Part shown: positions 46,350 through 62,800 of the stretch, in pieces
Layout of the letters: each line of letters begins with the position of its first letter
Position numbering within the stretch: position 1 is the first letter of the stretch
DNA from: the human T2T-CHM13v2.0 reference genome, Homo sapiens
Reading direction: 5' to 3'
DNA length: 64,000 nt
Assembly: GCA_009914755.4 (NCBI GenBank)
Contig: CP068257.2
Span: 1,472,001 to 1,536,000, forward strand
Translations under genes and position numbers: made by a program
Notes under the pieces: generated by a model
Databases searched by the model: none
The model's input: the letters and a program-made list of their open reading frames with translations, nothing else
Told to the model about the DNA's origin: nothing

Positions 46350-49300
46350 TAAAATATGAAAGTACATCAAATATATATTTTATTCTGTACATAAAATATC
46401 AAAGTACACCAGATATATATTCTACAGTGTACATAAAATATCAAAGTACACAAACTATAAATTATATATTGTACATAAAATATGAAATTACATCAAATAT
46501 ATATTAGGTACATAAAATATGAAAGTATATCAAATATAGATTATATACTGTACATAAAATATCAAAGTACCCCAAATATATATTATATACTGTACATGAA
46601 ATATCAAAGTTCACAAACTATATATTATATACTGTACATAAAATATCAAAGTACCCAAGGTATATATTCTATACTGTACAAAAAATATCAAAGTACCCAA
46701 AGCATGTATTATATACTGTACATAAAATATGAAAGTACATCAAATATATATTTTATTCTGTACATAAAATATCAAAGTACACCAGATATATATTCTATAG
46801 TGTACATAAAATATCAAAGTACCCAAACTATACATTATATACTGTACATGAATATGAGATTACATCAAATATATATTATATTAGGTACATAAAATATGAA
46901 AGTACATCAGATATAGATTATATACTGTACATTAAATACCAAAGTACCGCAAATATATATTTTATACTGTACATCAAATATCAAAGTTCACAAACTATAT
47001 ATTATATACTGCACATAAAATATCAAAGTACCCAAGGTATATATTCTATACTGTAAAAAAATATCAAAGTACCCAAAGCATGTATTATATACTGTACATA
47101 AAATATGAAAGTACATCAAATATATATTTTCTTCTGTACATAAAATATCAAAGTACACCAAACATATATTCTATACTGTACCTAAAATATCAAAATACCC
47201 AAACTGTACATTATATACTGTACATAAAAGATGAAATTATATCAAAAATATATTATATTAGGTACATAAAATATGAAAGTACATCAAATATAGATTGTAA
47301 ACTTTACATAAAATATCAAAGTACCCCAAATATATATTATATACTCTACATGAAATATCAAAGTTCACAAACTATATATTATATACTGTTCATAAAATAT
47401 CAATGTACCCAAGGTATACATTCTATACTGTACAAAAAATATCAAAGTACCCAAAGCATGTATTACATACTGTACATAAAATATGAAAGTACATCAAATA
47501 CATATTTTATTCTGTACTTAAAATATCAAAGTACACCAAATATGTATTCTATAGTGTACATAAAATATCAAATTACCCAAACTATACATTACATACTGTA
47601 CATAAAATATGAAATTACATCAAATATCTATTATATTAGGTACGTAAAATATAAAAGTCCATCAAATATAGATTATATACTGTACATAATATACCTAAGT
47701 ACACCAAATATATATTTTATACTCTACATGAAATATCAAAGTTCACAAACCATATATTATATACTGTACATAAAATATCAAAGTACCCAAGGTATATATT
47801 CTATACTGTACAAAAAATATCAAAGTACCCAAAGCATGTATTATATACTGTACATAAAATATGAAAGTACATCAAATATATATTTTATTCTGTACATAAA
47901 ATATCAAAGTACACCAGATATATATTCTATAGTGTACATAAAATATCAAACTACCCAAACTATTTATTATATACTGTACATAAAATATGAAATTACATCA
48001 AATATGTATTATATTAGGTACATAAAATATGAAAGTACATCAAATATAGATTATATACTGTACATGAAATACCAAAGTACCCCAAATATATATTTTATAC
48101 GGTACATGAAATATCAAAGTTCACAAACTATATATTATATACTGTATATAAAATATCAAAGTACCCAAGGTATATATTCTATACTGTACAAAAAATATCA
48201 AAGTACCCAAAGCATGTATTATATACTGTACATAAAATATGAAAGTACATCAAATATATATTTTATTCTGTACAGAAAATATCAAAGTACACCAGATATA
48301 TATTCTATAGTGTACATAAAATATCAAAGTACCCAAACTATACAATATATACTGTACATAAAATATGAAATTACATCAAATTTATATTAGGTACATAAAA
48401 TATGAAAGTACGTCAAATATAGATTATATACTGTACATAAAATATCAAAGTACCCCAAATATATATTATATACTCTACATGAAATATCAAAGTTCACAAA
48501 CTATATATTATATACTGTACATAAAATATCCAAGTACCCAAGGTATATATTCTATACTGTACAAAAAATATCAACGTACCCAAAGCGTGTATTATATACT
48601 CTATATAAAATATGAAAGTACATCACATATATATTTTATTCTGTACATAAAATATCAAAGTACACCAGATATATATTCTATAGTGTACATAAAATTACAA
48701 AGTACAAAAACTGTAAATTATATGCTGTACATAAAATATGAAATTACATCAAATATATATTAGGTACATAAAATATGAAAGTACATCAAATATACATTAT
48801 ATACTGTACATAAAATATCAATGTACCCCAAATATATATTTTATACTCTACATGAAATATCAAAGTTCACAAACCATATATTATATACTGTACATAAAAT
48901 ATCAAAGTACCCAAGGTATATATTCTATACTGTACAAAAAATATCAAAGTACCCAAAGCATGTATTATATACTGTACATAAAATATGAAAGTACATCAAA
49001 TATATATTTTATTCTGTACATAAAATATCAAAGTACACCAGATATATATTCTATAGTGTACATAAAATATCAAAGTACCCAAACTATACATTATACACTG
49101 TACATAAAATATGAAATTACATCAAATATATATTATATTAGGTACATAAAATATGAAAGCACATCAAATATAGATTATATACTGTACATTAAATACCAAA
49201 GTACCCCAAATATATATTTTATACTGTACATCAAATATCAAAGTTCACAAACTATATATTATATACTGTACATAAAATATCAAAGTACCCATAGTATATA

Positions 49301-50395
49301 TTCTACAATGTACAAAAAATATCAAAGTACCCAAAGCAAGTATTATATACTGTATATTAAATATGAAAGTACATCACATATATATTTTATTCTGTACATA
49401 AAATATCAAAGTACACCAGATATATATTCTATAGTGTACATAAAATAACAAAGTTCAAAAATTATAAATTATATGCTGTACATAAAATATGAAATTACAT
49501 CAAATATATATTAGGTACATAAAATATGAAAGTACATCAAATATAGATTATATACTGTACATAAAATATCAATGTACCCCAAATATATATTTTATACTCT
49601 ACATGAAATATGAAAGTTCACAAACCATATATTATATGCTGTACATAAAATATCAAAGTACCCAAGGTATATATTCTATACTGTACAAAAAATATCAAAG
49701 TACCCAAAGCATGTATTATATACTGTACATAAAATATGAAAGTACATCAAATATATATTTTATTCTGTACATAAAATATCAAAGTACACCAGATATATAT
49801 TCTATAGTGTACATAAAATATCAACGTACCCAAACTCTACATTATATACTGTACATAAAATATGAAATTACATCAAATATATATTATATTAGGTACATAA
49901 AATATGAAAGCACATCAAATATAGATTATATACTGTACTTTAAATACCAAAGTACCCCAAATATATATTTTATACTGTACATCAAATATCAAAGTTCACA
50001 AACTATATATTATATACTGTACATAAAATATCAAAGTACCCATGGTATATATTCTATACTGTACAAAAAATATCAAAGTACCCAAAGCATGTATTATATA
50101 CTGTACATAAATTATGAAAGTACATCAAATATATATTTTATTCTGTACATAAAATATCAAAGTACACCAGATATATATTCTATAGTGTACATAAAATATC
50201 AAAGTACCCAAACTATACATTATATACTGTACATAAAATATGAAATTACATCAAATATATATTATATTAGGTACATAAAATATGAAAGTACATCAAATAT
50301 AGATTATATACTGTACATAAAATATCAAAGTGCCCCAAATATATATTATATACTGTACATGAAATATCAAAGTTCACAAACTATATATTATATAC
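46350..50395. repeat. Diverged transition zone between the homogenised U-block and the subfamily-II domain
   Basis: ORF 47080..48390 carries many private substitutions (YFLLYIK, KDEIISKIY, NIDCKLY, KYKSPSNID). There are no exact long-range ORF duplicates here. Confidence 0.6.
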
Positions 50396-53300
50396 TATAG
50401 ATAAAATATCAAAGTACCCAAGGTATATATTCTATACTGTACAAAAAATATCAAAGTACCCAAAGCATGTATTATATACTGTACATAAAATATGAAAGTA
50501 CATCAAATATATATTTTATTCTGTACATAAAATAAAAAAGTACACCAGATATATATTTTATAGTGTACATAAAATATGAAATTACCCAAACTATACATTA
50601 CATACTGTACATAAAATATGGAATTACATCAGATATATATTATATTAGGTACGTAAAATATGAAAGTACATCAAATATAGATTATATACCATACATAAAA
50701 TATAAAGGAACCCCAAATATATATGATATACTGTTCATGAAATATCAAAGTTCACAAACTATATATTATATACTGTAGATAAAATATCAAAGTACCCAAG
50801 GTATATATTCTATACTGTAAAAAAAAATCAAAGTACCCAAAGCATGTATTATATACTGTACATAAAATATGGAATTACATCAAATATATATTATATTAGG
50901 TACGTAAAATATGATAGTACAACAAATATAGATTATATACCATACATAAAATATAAAGGAACCCCAAATATATATGATATACTGTACATGAAATCTCAAA
51001 GTTCACAAACTATATATTATATACTGTAGATAAAATATCAAAGTACCCAAGGTATATATTCTATACTGTAAAAAAATATCAAAGTACCCAAAGCATGTAT
51101 TATATACTGTACATAAAATATGAAAGCACATCAAATATGTATTATATTAGGTACATAAAATATGAAAATACATAAAATATAGATGATATACTGTACATAA
51201 AATATCAAAGTAGCCCAAATATATATTATACTGTGTACATGAAATATCAAAATTTACGAAATATATATTATATAATGTACATAAAATATCAAAGTACCCA
51301 AAGCAAGTATTATATACTGTACATAAAAGATGAAATTACATCAAATATATATTTTATTCTGTACATAAAATATCAAAGTACACCAGATATATATTTTATA
51401 GTGTACATATAATATCAAGGTGCCCAAACTATAGATTATATACTGTACATAAAATATGAAATAACATCAAATATATATTATATTAGGTACGTAAAATATG
51501 AAAGTACATCAAATATAGATTATATACTGTACATAATATATAAAAGAACCCCAACAATATATTATATACTGTACATGAAATATCAAAATACACAAACTAT
51601 ATATTATATACTGTACATAAAATATCAAAGCACCCAAGGTATATATTCTATACTGTACAAAAAATATCAAAGTACCCAAAGCATGTATTATATACTGTAC
51701 ATAAAATATGAAAGTACATCAAATATATATTTTATTCTGTACATAAAATATCAAAGTACACCAGATATATATTCTATAGTGTACATAAAATATCAAAGTA
51801 CCCAAACTATACATTACATACTGTACATAAAATATGGAATTACATCAAATATATATTATATTAGGTACGTAAAATATGAAAGTACATCAAATATAGATTA
51901 TATACCGTACATAAAATATAAAGGAACCCCAAATATATAGGATATACTGTACATGAAATATCAAAGTTCACAAACTGTATATTATATACTGTAGATAAAA
52001 TATCAAAGTACCCAAGGTATATATTCTATACTGTATAAAAAATATCAAAGTACCCAAAGCATGTATTATATACTGTACATAAAAGATGAAAGTACATCAA
52101 ATATATATTTTATTCTGTACATAAAATAACAAAGTACACCAGATATATATTTTATAGTGTACATAAAATATGAAATTACCCAAACTATACATTACATACT
52201 GTGCATAAAATATGGAATTACATCAAATATATATTATATTAGGTACGTAAAATATGAAAGTACATCAAATATAGATTATATACCATACATAAAATATAAA
52301 GGAACCCCAAATATATATGATATACTGTACATGAAATATCAAAGTACCCAAGGTATATATTCTATAATGTAAAAAAAATATCAAAGCACACAAAGCATGT
52401 ATTATATACTGTACATAAAATATGAAAGCACATCAAATATATATTATATTAGGTACATAAAATATGAAAGTACATAAAATATAGATGATATACTGTACAT
52501 AAAAAATCAAAGGAGCCCAAATATATATTATACAGTGTACATGAAATACCAAAATTTACAAAATATATATTATATAATGTACATAAAATATCAAAGTACC
52601 CAAAGCAAGTATTATATACTGTACATAAAAGATGAAAGTACATCAAATATATATTTTATTCTGTACATAAAATATCAAAGTACACCAGATATATATTTCA
52701 TAGTGTACATAAAATATCAAGGTACCCAAACTATACATTATATACTGTACATAAAATATGAAATTACATCAAATATATATTATATTAGGTACATAAAATA
52801 TGAAAGTACATCAAATATAGATTATATACTGTACATAAAATATCAAAGTGCCCCAAATATATATTATATACTGTACATGAAATATCAAAGTTCACAAACT
52901 ATATATTATATACTATAGATAAAATATCAAAGTACCCAAGGTATATATTCTATACTGTACAAAAAATATCAAAGTACCCAAAGCATGTATTATATACTGT
53001 ACATAAAATATGAAAGTACATCAAATATATATTTTATTCTGTACATAAAATAACAAAGTACACCAGATATATATTTTATAGTGTACATAAAATATGAAAT
53101 TACCCAAACTATACATTACATACTGTACATAAAATATGGAATTACATCAGATATATATTATATTAGGTACGTAAAATATGAAAGTACATCAAATATAGAT
53201 TATATACCATACATAAAATATAAAGGAACCCCAAATATATATGATATACTGTTCATGAAATATCAAAGTTCACAAACTATATATTATATACTGTAGATAA

Positions 53301-55400
53301 AATATCAAAGTACCCAAGGTATATATTCTATACTGTAAAAAAAAATCAAAGTACCCAAAGCATGTATTATATACTGTACATAAAATATGGAATTACATCA
53401 AATATATATTATATTAGGTACGTAAAATATGATAGTACAACAAATATAGATTATATACCATACATAAAATATAAAGGAACCCCAAATATATATGATATAC
53501 TGTACATGAAATCTCAAAGTTCACAAACTATATATTATATACTGTAGATAAAATATCAAAGTACCCAAGGTATATATTCTATACTGTAAAAAAAATATCA
53601 AAGCACCCAAAGCATGTATTATATACTGTACATAAAATATGAAAGCACATCAAATATGTATTATATTAGGTACATAAAATATGAAAGTACATAAAATATA
53701 GATGATATACTGTACATAAAATATCAAAGTAGCCCAAATATATATTATACAGTGTACATGAAATATCAAAATTTACGAAATATATATTATATAATGTACA
53801 TAAAATATCAAAGTACCCAAAGCAAGTATTATATACTGTACATAAAAGATGAAATTACATCAAATATATATTTTATTCTGTACATAAAATATCAAAGTAC
53901 ACCAGATATATATTTTATAGTGTACATATAATATCAAGGTGCCCAAACTATAGATTATATACTGTACATAAAATATGAAATAACATCAAATATATATTAT
54001 ATTAGGTACGTAAAATATGAAAGTACATCAAATATAGATTATATACTGTACATAACATATAAAAGAACCCCAACAATATATTATATACTGTACATGAAAT
54101 ATCAAAATACACAAACTATATATTATATACTGTACATAAAATATCAAAGCACCCAAGGTATATATTCTATACTGTACAAAAAATATCAAAGTACCCAAAG
54201 CATGTATTATATACTGTACATAAAATATGAAAGTACATCAAATATATATTTTATTCTGTATATAAAATAACAAAGTACACCAGATATATATTTTATAGTG
54301 TACATAAAATATCAAAGTACCCAAACTATACATTACATACTGTACATAAAATATGGAATTACATCAAATATATATTATATTAGGTACGTAAAATATGAAA
54401 GTACATCAAATATAGATTATATACCGTACATAAAATATAAAGGAACCCCAAATATATAGGATATACTGTACATGAAATATCAAAGTTCACAAACTGTATA
54501 TTATATACTGTAGATAAAATATCAAAGTACCCAAGGTATATATTCTATACTGTATAAAAAATATCAAAGTACCCAAAGCATGTATTATATACTGTACATA
54601 AAAGATGAAAGTACATCAAATATATATTTTATTCTGTACATAAAATAACAAAGTACACCAGATATATATTTTATAGTGTACATAAAATATGAAATTACCC
54701 AAACTATACATTACATACTGTGCATAAAATATGGAATTACATCAAATATATATTATATTAGGTACGTAAAATATGAAAGTACATCAAATATAGATTATAT
54801 ACCATACATAAAATATAAAGGAACCCCAAATATATATGATATACTGTACATGAAATATCAAAGTACCCAAGGTATATATTCTATAATGTAAAAAAAATAT
54901 CAAAGCACACAAAGCATGTATTATATACTGTACATAAAATATGAAAGCACATCAAATATATATTATATTAGGTACATAAAATATGAAAGTACATAAAATA
55001 TAGATGATATACTGTACATAAAAAATCAAAGGAGCCCAAATATATATTATACAGTGTACATGAAATACCAAAATTTACAAAATATATATTATATAATGTA
55101 CATAAAATATCAAAGTACCCAAAGCAAGTATTATATACTGTACATAAAAGATGAAAGTACATCAAATATATATTTTATTCTGTACATAAAATATCAAAGT
55201 ACACCAGATATATATTTCATAGTGTACATAAAATATCAAGGTACCCAAACTATACATTATATACTGTACATAAAATATGAAATTACATCAAATATATATT
55301 ATATTAGGTACGTAAAATATGAAAGTACATCAAATATAGATTATATACTGTACATAATATATAAAAGAACCCCAACTATATATTATATACTGTACATGAA
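50396..55400. repeat. Two tandem copies of a ~2518/2519-bp super-repeat in subfamily II
   Basis: ORFs 50563 = 53081, 50844 = 53362 (offset 2518) and 52157 = 54676, 52449(-) = 54968(-), 52535 <-> 55054 (offset 2519). 51571 tgtacatgaaatatcaaaatacacaaac matches 54090. The copies diverge at ~52.9/55.4 kb. Confidence 0.8.
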
Positions 55401-58400
55401 ATATCAAAACACACAAACTATATATTATATACTGTACATAAAATATCAAAGTACCCAAGGTATATATCCTATACTGTACAAAAAATATCAAAGTACCCAA
55501 AGCATGTATTATATACTGTACATAAAATATGAAAGCACATCAAATATATATTATATTAGGTACATAAAATATGAAAGTAAATAAAATATAGATGATATAC
55601 TTTACATAAAATATCAAAGTAGCCCAAATATATATTATACAGTGTACATGAAATATCAAAATTTACAAAATATATATTATATAATGTACATAAAATATCA
55701 AAGTACCCAAAGCATGTATTATATACTGTACATAAAATATGAAAGTACATCAAATATATATTTTATTCTGTACATAAAATATCAAAGTACACCAGATATA
55801 TATTTTATAGTGTACATAAAATATCAAGGTACCCAAACTATACATTATATACTGTACATAAAATATGAAATTACATCAAATATATATTATATTAGGTACG
55901 TAAAATATGAAAGTACATCAAATATAGACTCTATACTGTACATAATATATAAAAGAACCCCAAATATATATTATATACTGTACATGAAGTATCAAAATAC
56001 ACAAACTATATATTATATACTGTACATAAAATATCAAAGTACCCAAGGTATATATTCTATACTGTACAAAAAATATCAAAGTACCCAAAGCATGTATTAT
56101 ATACTGTACATAAAATATGAAAGTACATCAAATATATATTATATTAGATACGTAAAATATGAAAGTACATCAAATATAGATTATATACCATACATAAAAT
56201 ATAAAGGAACCCCAAATATATATGATATACTGTACATGAAATATCAAAGTTCACAAACTATATATTATATACTGTAGATAAAATATCAAAGTACCCAAGG
56301 TATATATTCTATACTGTAAAAAAAAATCAAAGTACCCAAAGCATGTATTATATACTGTACATAAAATATGAAGACACATCAAATATATATTATATTAGGT
56401 ACATAAAATATGAAAGTACATAAAATATAGATGATATACTGTACATAAAATATCAAAGTAGCCCAAATATATATTATACAGTGTACATGAAATATCAAAA
56501 TTTACAAAACATATATTATATAATGTACATAAAATATCAAAGTACCCAAAGCAAGTATTATATACTGTACATAAAAGATGAAAGTACATCAAATATATAT
56601 TTTATTCTGTACATAAAATATCAAAGTACACCAGATATATATTTTATAGTGTACATAAAATATCAAGGTACCCAAACTATACATTATATACTGTACATAA
56701 AATATGAAATTACATCAAATATATATTATATTAGGTACGTAAAATATGAAAGTACATCAAATATAGATTATATACTGTACATAATATATAAAAGAACCCC
56801 AAATATATATTATATACTGTACATGAAGTATCAAAATACACAAACTATATATTATATACTGTATATAAAATATCAAAGTACCCAAGGTATATATTCTATA
56901 CTGTACAAAAAATATCAAAGTACCCAAATCATGTATTATATACTGTATATAAAATATGAAAGTACATCAAATATATATTTTATTCTGTACATAAAATAAC
57001 AAAGTACAACAGATATATATTTTATAGTGTACATAAAATATCAAAGTACCCAAACTATACATTACATACTGTACATAAAATATGGAATTACATCAAATAT
57101 ATATTATATTAGGTATGTAAAATATGAAAGTACATCAAATATAGTTTATATACCATACATAAAATATAAAGGAACCCAAATATATATGATATACTGTACA
57201 TGAAATATCAAAGTTCACAAACTATATATTATATACTGTAGATAAAATATCAAAGTACCCAAGGTATATATTCTATACTGTAAAAAAAATATCAAAGCAC
57301 CCAAAGCATGTATTATATACTGTACATAAAATATGAAAGCACATCAAATATATATTATATTAGGTACATAAAATATGAAAGTACATAAAATATAGATGAT
57401 ATACTGTACATAAAATATCAAAGGAGCCCAAATATATATTATACAGTGTACATGAAATATCAAAATTTACAAAATATATATTATATAATGTACATAAAAT
57501 ATCAAAGTACCCAAAGCAAGTATTATCTACTGTACATAAAAGATGAAAGTACATCAAATATATATTTTATTCTGTACATAAAATATCAAAGTACACCAGA
57601 TATATATTTTATAGTGTACATAAAATATCAAGGTACCCAAACTATACATTATATACTGTACATAAAATATGAAATTACATCAAATATATATTATATTAGG
57701 TACGTAAAATATGAAAGTACATCAAATATAGATTATATACTGTACATAATATATAAAAGAACCCCAACTATATATTATATACTGTACATAAAATATCAAA
57801 ATACACAAACTATATATTATATACTCTACATAAAATATCAAAGTACCCAAGGTATATATCCTATACTGTACAAAAAATATCAAAGTACCCAAAGCATGTA
57901 TTATATACTGTACATAAAATATGAAAGCACATCAAATATATATTATATTAGGTACATAAAATATGAAAGTACATAAAATATAGATGATATACTGTACATA
58001 AAATATCAAAGTAGCCCAAATATATATTATACAGTGTACATGAAATATCAAAATTTACAAAATATATATTATATAATGTACATAAAATATCAAATTACCC
58101 AAAGCATGTATTATATACTGTACATAAAATATGAAAGTACATCAAGTATATATTTTATTCTGTACATAAAATATCAAAGTACACCAGATATATATTTTAT
58201 AGTGTACATAAAATATCAAGGTACCCAAACTATACATTATATACTGTACATAAAATATGAAATTACATCAAATATATATTATATTAGGTACGTAAAATAT
58301 GAAAGTACATCAAATATAGACTATATACTGTACATAATATATAAAAGAACCCCAAATATATATTATATACTGTACATGATGTATCAAAATACACAAACTA

Positions 58401-59800
58401 TATATTATATACTGTACATAAAATATCAAAGTACCCAAGGTATATATTCTATACTGTACAAAAAATATCAAAGTACCCAAAGCATGTATTATATACTGTA
58501 CATAAAATATGAAAGTACATCAAATATATATTATATTAGGTACGTAAAATATGAAAGTACATCAAATATAGATTATATACCATACATAAAATATAAAGGA
58601 ACCCCAAATATATATGATATACTGTACATGAAATATCAAAGTTCACAAACTATATATTATATACTGTAGATAAAATATCAAAGTACCCAAGGTATATATT
58701 CTATACTGTAAAAAAAAATCAAAGTACCCAAAGCATGTATTATATACTGTACATAAAATATGAAGGCACATCAAATATATATTATATTAGGTACATAAAA
58801 TATGAAAGTACATAAAATATAGATGATATACTGTACATAAAATATCAAAGTAGCCCAAATATATATTATACAGTGTACATGAAATATCAAAATTTACAAA
58901 ACATATATTATATAATGTACATAAAATATCAAAGTACCCAAAGCAAGTATTATATACTGTACATAAAAGATGAAAGTACATCAAATATATATTTTATTCT
59001 GTACATAAAATATCAAAGTACACCAGATATATATTTTATATTGTACATAAAATATCAAGGTACCCAAACTATACATTATATACTGTACATAAAATATGAA
59101 ATTACATCAAATATATATTATATTAGGTACGTAAAATATGAAAGTACATCAAATATAGATTATATACTGTACATAATATATAAAATAACCCCAAATATAT
59201 ATTATATACTGTACATGAAGTATCAAAATACACAAACTATATATTATATACTGTAGATAAAATATCAAAGTACCCAAGGTATATATTCTATACTGTACAA
59301 AAAATATCAAAGTACCCAAAGCATGTATTATATACTGTATATAAAATATGAAAGTACATCAAATATATATTTTATTCTGTACATAAAATAACAAAGTATA
59401 CCAGATATATATTTTATAGTGTACATAAAATATCAAAGTACCCAAACTATACATTACATACTGTACATAAAATATGGAATTACATCAAATATATATTATA
59501 TTAGGTACGTAAAATATGAAAGTACATCAAATATAGATTATATACCATACATAAAATCTAAAGGAACCCCAAATATATATGATATACTGTACATGAAATT
59601 TCAAAGTTCACAAACTATATATTATATACTGTAGATAAAATATCAAAGTACCCAAGGTATATATTCTATACTGTAAAAAAAATATCAAAGTACCCAAAGC
59701 ATGTATTATATAATGTACATAAAATATGAAAGCACATCAAATATATATTATATTAGGTACATAAAATATGAAAGTACATAAAATATAGATGATATACTGT
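55000..59800. repeat. Two tandem copies of a 2392-bp super-repeat, itself built from 1427-bp and 965-bp blocks
   Basis: 55054 <-> 57446 (176 aa, 2 differences), 55642 <-> 58034, 56395(-) = 58787(-), 56481 <-> 58873. The MYMKYQNLQNIYYIMY... ORF recurs at 55054, 56481, 57446, 58873, 59839, 61183 and 62610, giving spacings of 1427, 965, 1427, 966, 1344 and 1427. Confidence 0.75.
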
Positions 59801-62800
59801 ACATAAAATATCAAAGTAGCCCAAATATATATTATACAGTGTACATGAAATATCAAAATTTACGAAATATATATTATATAATGTACATAAAATATGAAAG
59901 TACACAAAGCAAGTATTATATACTGTACATAAAAGATGAAATTACATCAAATATATATTTTATTCTGTACATAAAATATCAAAGTACACCAGATATATAT
60001 TTTATAGTGTACATAAAATATCAAGGTACCCAAACTATACATTATATACTGTACATAAAATATGAAATTACATCAAATATATATTATATTAGGTACGTAA
60101 AATATGAAAGTACATCAAATATAGATTATATACTGTACATAATATATAAAAGAACCCCAACTATATATTATATACTGTACATGAAATATCAAAATACACA
60201 AACTATATATTATATACTGTACATAAAATATCAAAGCACCCAAGGTATATATTCTATACTATACAAAAAATATCAAAGTACCCAAAGCATGTATTATATA
60301 CTGTACATAAAATATGAAAGTACATCAAATATATATTTTATTCTGTATATAAAATAACAAAGTACACCAGATATATATTTTATAGTGTACATAAAATATC
60401 AAAGTACCCAAACTATACATTACATACTGTACATAAAATATGGAATTACATCAAATATATATTATATTAGGTACGTAAAATATGAAAGTACATCAAATAT
60501 AGATTATATACCATACATAAAATATAAAGGAACCCCAAATATATAGGATATACTGTACATGAAATATCAAAGTTCACAAACTATATATTATATACTGTAG
60601 ATAAAATATCAAAGTACCCAAGGTATATATTCTATACTGTATAAAAAATATCAAAGTACCCAAAGCATGTATTATATACTGTACATAAAAGATGAAAGTA
60701 CATCAAATATATATTTTATTCTGTACATAAAATAACAAAGTACACCAGATATATATTTTATAGTGTACATAAAATATGAAATTACCCAAACTATACATTA
60801 CATACTGTACATAAAATATGGAATTACATCAAATATATATTATATTAGGTACGTAAAATATGAAAGTACATCTAATATAGATTATATACCATACATAAAA
60901 TATAAAGGAACCCCAAATATATATGATATACTGTACATGAAATATCAAAGTTCACAAACTATATATTGTATACTGTACATAAAATATCAAAGTACCCAAG
61001 GTATATATTCTATAATTTAAAAAAAATATCAAAGCACCCAAAGCATGTATTATATACCGTACATAAAATATGAAAGCACATCAAATATATATTATATTAG
61101 GTACATAAAATATGAAAGTACATAAAATATAGATGATATACTGTACATAAAATATCAAAGGAGCCCAAATATATATTATACAGTGTACATGAAATATCAA
61201 AATTTACAAAATATGTATTATATAATGTACATAAAATATCAAAGTACCCAAAGCAAGTATTATATACTGTACATAAAAGATGAAAGTACATCAAATATAT
61301 ATTTTATTCTGTACATAAAATATCAAAGTACACCAGATATATATTTTATAGTGTACATAAAATATCAAGGTACCCAAACTATACATTATATACTGTACAT
61401 AAAATATGAAATTACATCAAATATATATTATATTAGGTACGTAAAATATGAAAGTACATCAAATATAGATTATATACTGTACATAATATATAAAAGAACC
61501 CCAACTATATATTATATACTGTACATGAAATATCAAAATACACAAATTATATATTATATACTGTACATAAAATATCAAAGTACCCAAGGTATATATCCTA
61601 TACTGTACAAAAAATATCAAAGTACCCAAAGCATGTATTATATACTGTACATAAAATATGAAAGCACATGAAATATATATTATATTAGGTACATAAAATA
61701 TGAAAGTACATAAAATATAGATGATATACTGTACATAAAATATCAAAGTAGCCCAAATATATATTATACAGTGTACATGAAATATCAAAATTTACAAAAT
61801 ATATATTATATAATGTACATAAAATATCAAAGTACCCAAAGCATGTATTATATACTGTACATAAAATATGAAAGTACATCAAATATATATTTTATTCTGT
61901 ACATAAAATATCAAAGTACACCAGATATATATTTTATAGTGTACATAAAATATCAAGGTACCCAAACTATACATTATATACTATACATAAAATATGAAAT
62001 TACATCAAATATATATTATATTAGGTACGTAAAATATGAAAGTACATCAAATATAGACTATATACTGTACATAATATATAAAAGAACCCCAAATATATAT
62101 TATATACTGTACATGAAGTATCAAAATACACAAACTATATATTATATACTGTACATAAAATATCAAAGTACCCAAGGTATATATTCTATACTGTACAAAA
62201 AATATCAAAGTACCCAAAGCATGTATTATATACTGTACATAAAATATGAAAGTACATCAAATATATATTATATTAGGTACGTAAAATATGAAAGTACATC
62301 AAATATAGATTATATACCATACATAAAATATAAAGGAACCCCAAATATATATGATATACTGTACATGAAATATCAAAGTTCACAAACTATATATTATATA
62401 CTGTAGATAAAATATCAAAGTACCCAAGGTATATATTCTATACTGTAAAAAAAAATCAAAGTACCCAAAGCATGTATTATATACTGTACATAAAATATGA
62501 AGGCACATCAAATATATATTATATTAGGTACATAAAATATGAAAGTACATAAAATATAGATGATATACTGTACATAAAATATCAAAGTAGCCCAAATATA
62601 TATTATACAGTGTACATGAAATATCAAAATTTACAAAACATATATTATATAATGTACATAAAATATCAAAGTACCCAAAGCAAGTATTATATACTGTACA
62701 TAAAAGATGAAAGTACATCAAATATATATTTTATTCTGTACATAAAATATCAAAGTACACCAGATATATATTTTATAGTGTACATAAAATATCAAGGTAC

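Larger units (their letters stand above)
1..50395. repeat. Subfamily-I domain with a regular 9-monomer higher-order repeat of 373 bp, or 378 bp when monomer C carries a 5-bp atatt insertion
   Basis: ORF starts recur at exact 373-bp spacing, e.g. 1229, 1602 and 11715, 12088, 12461, 12834, 13207, 13580, 13953. They recur at 378 bp where the long C monomer is present (219 -> 597). I traced the monomer order C-D-E-F-G-H-I-A-B by hand at several places. Confidence 0.85.

Noticed and set aside
52449-52646. Minus-strand 65-74-aa ORFs (e.g. 3243..3458, 52449..52646, 61459..61788) as antisense genes
   Set aside because: They have the same periodic recurrence as the repeat (spacings 588/839/965/1427). 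Their low-complexity C/F/Y-rich translations come from the TG-rich strand. They are artifacts.
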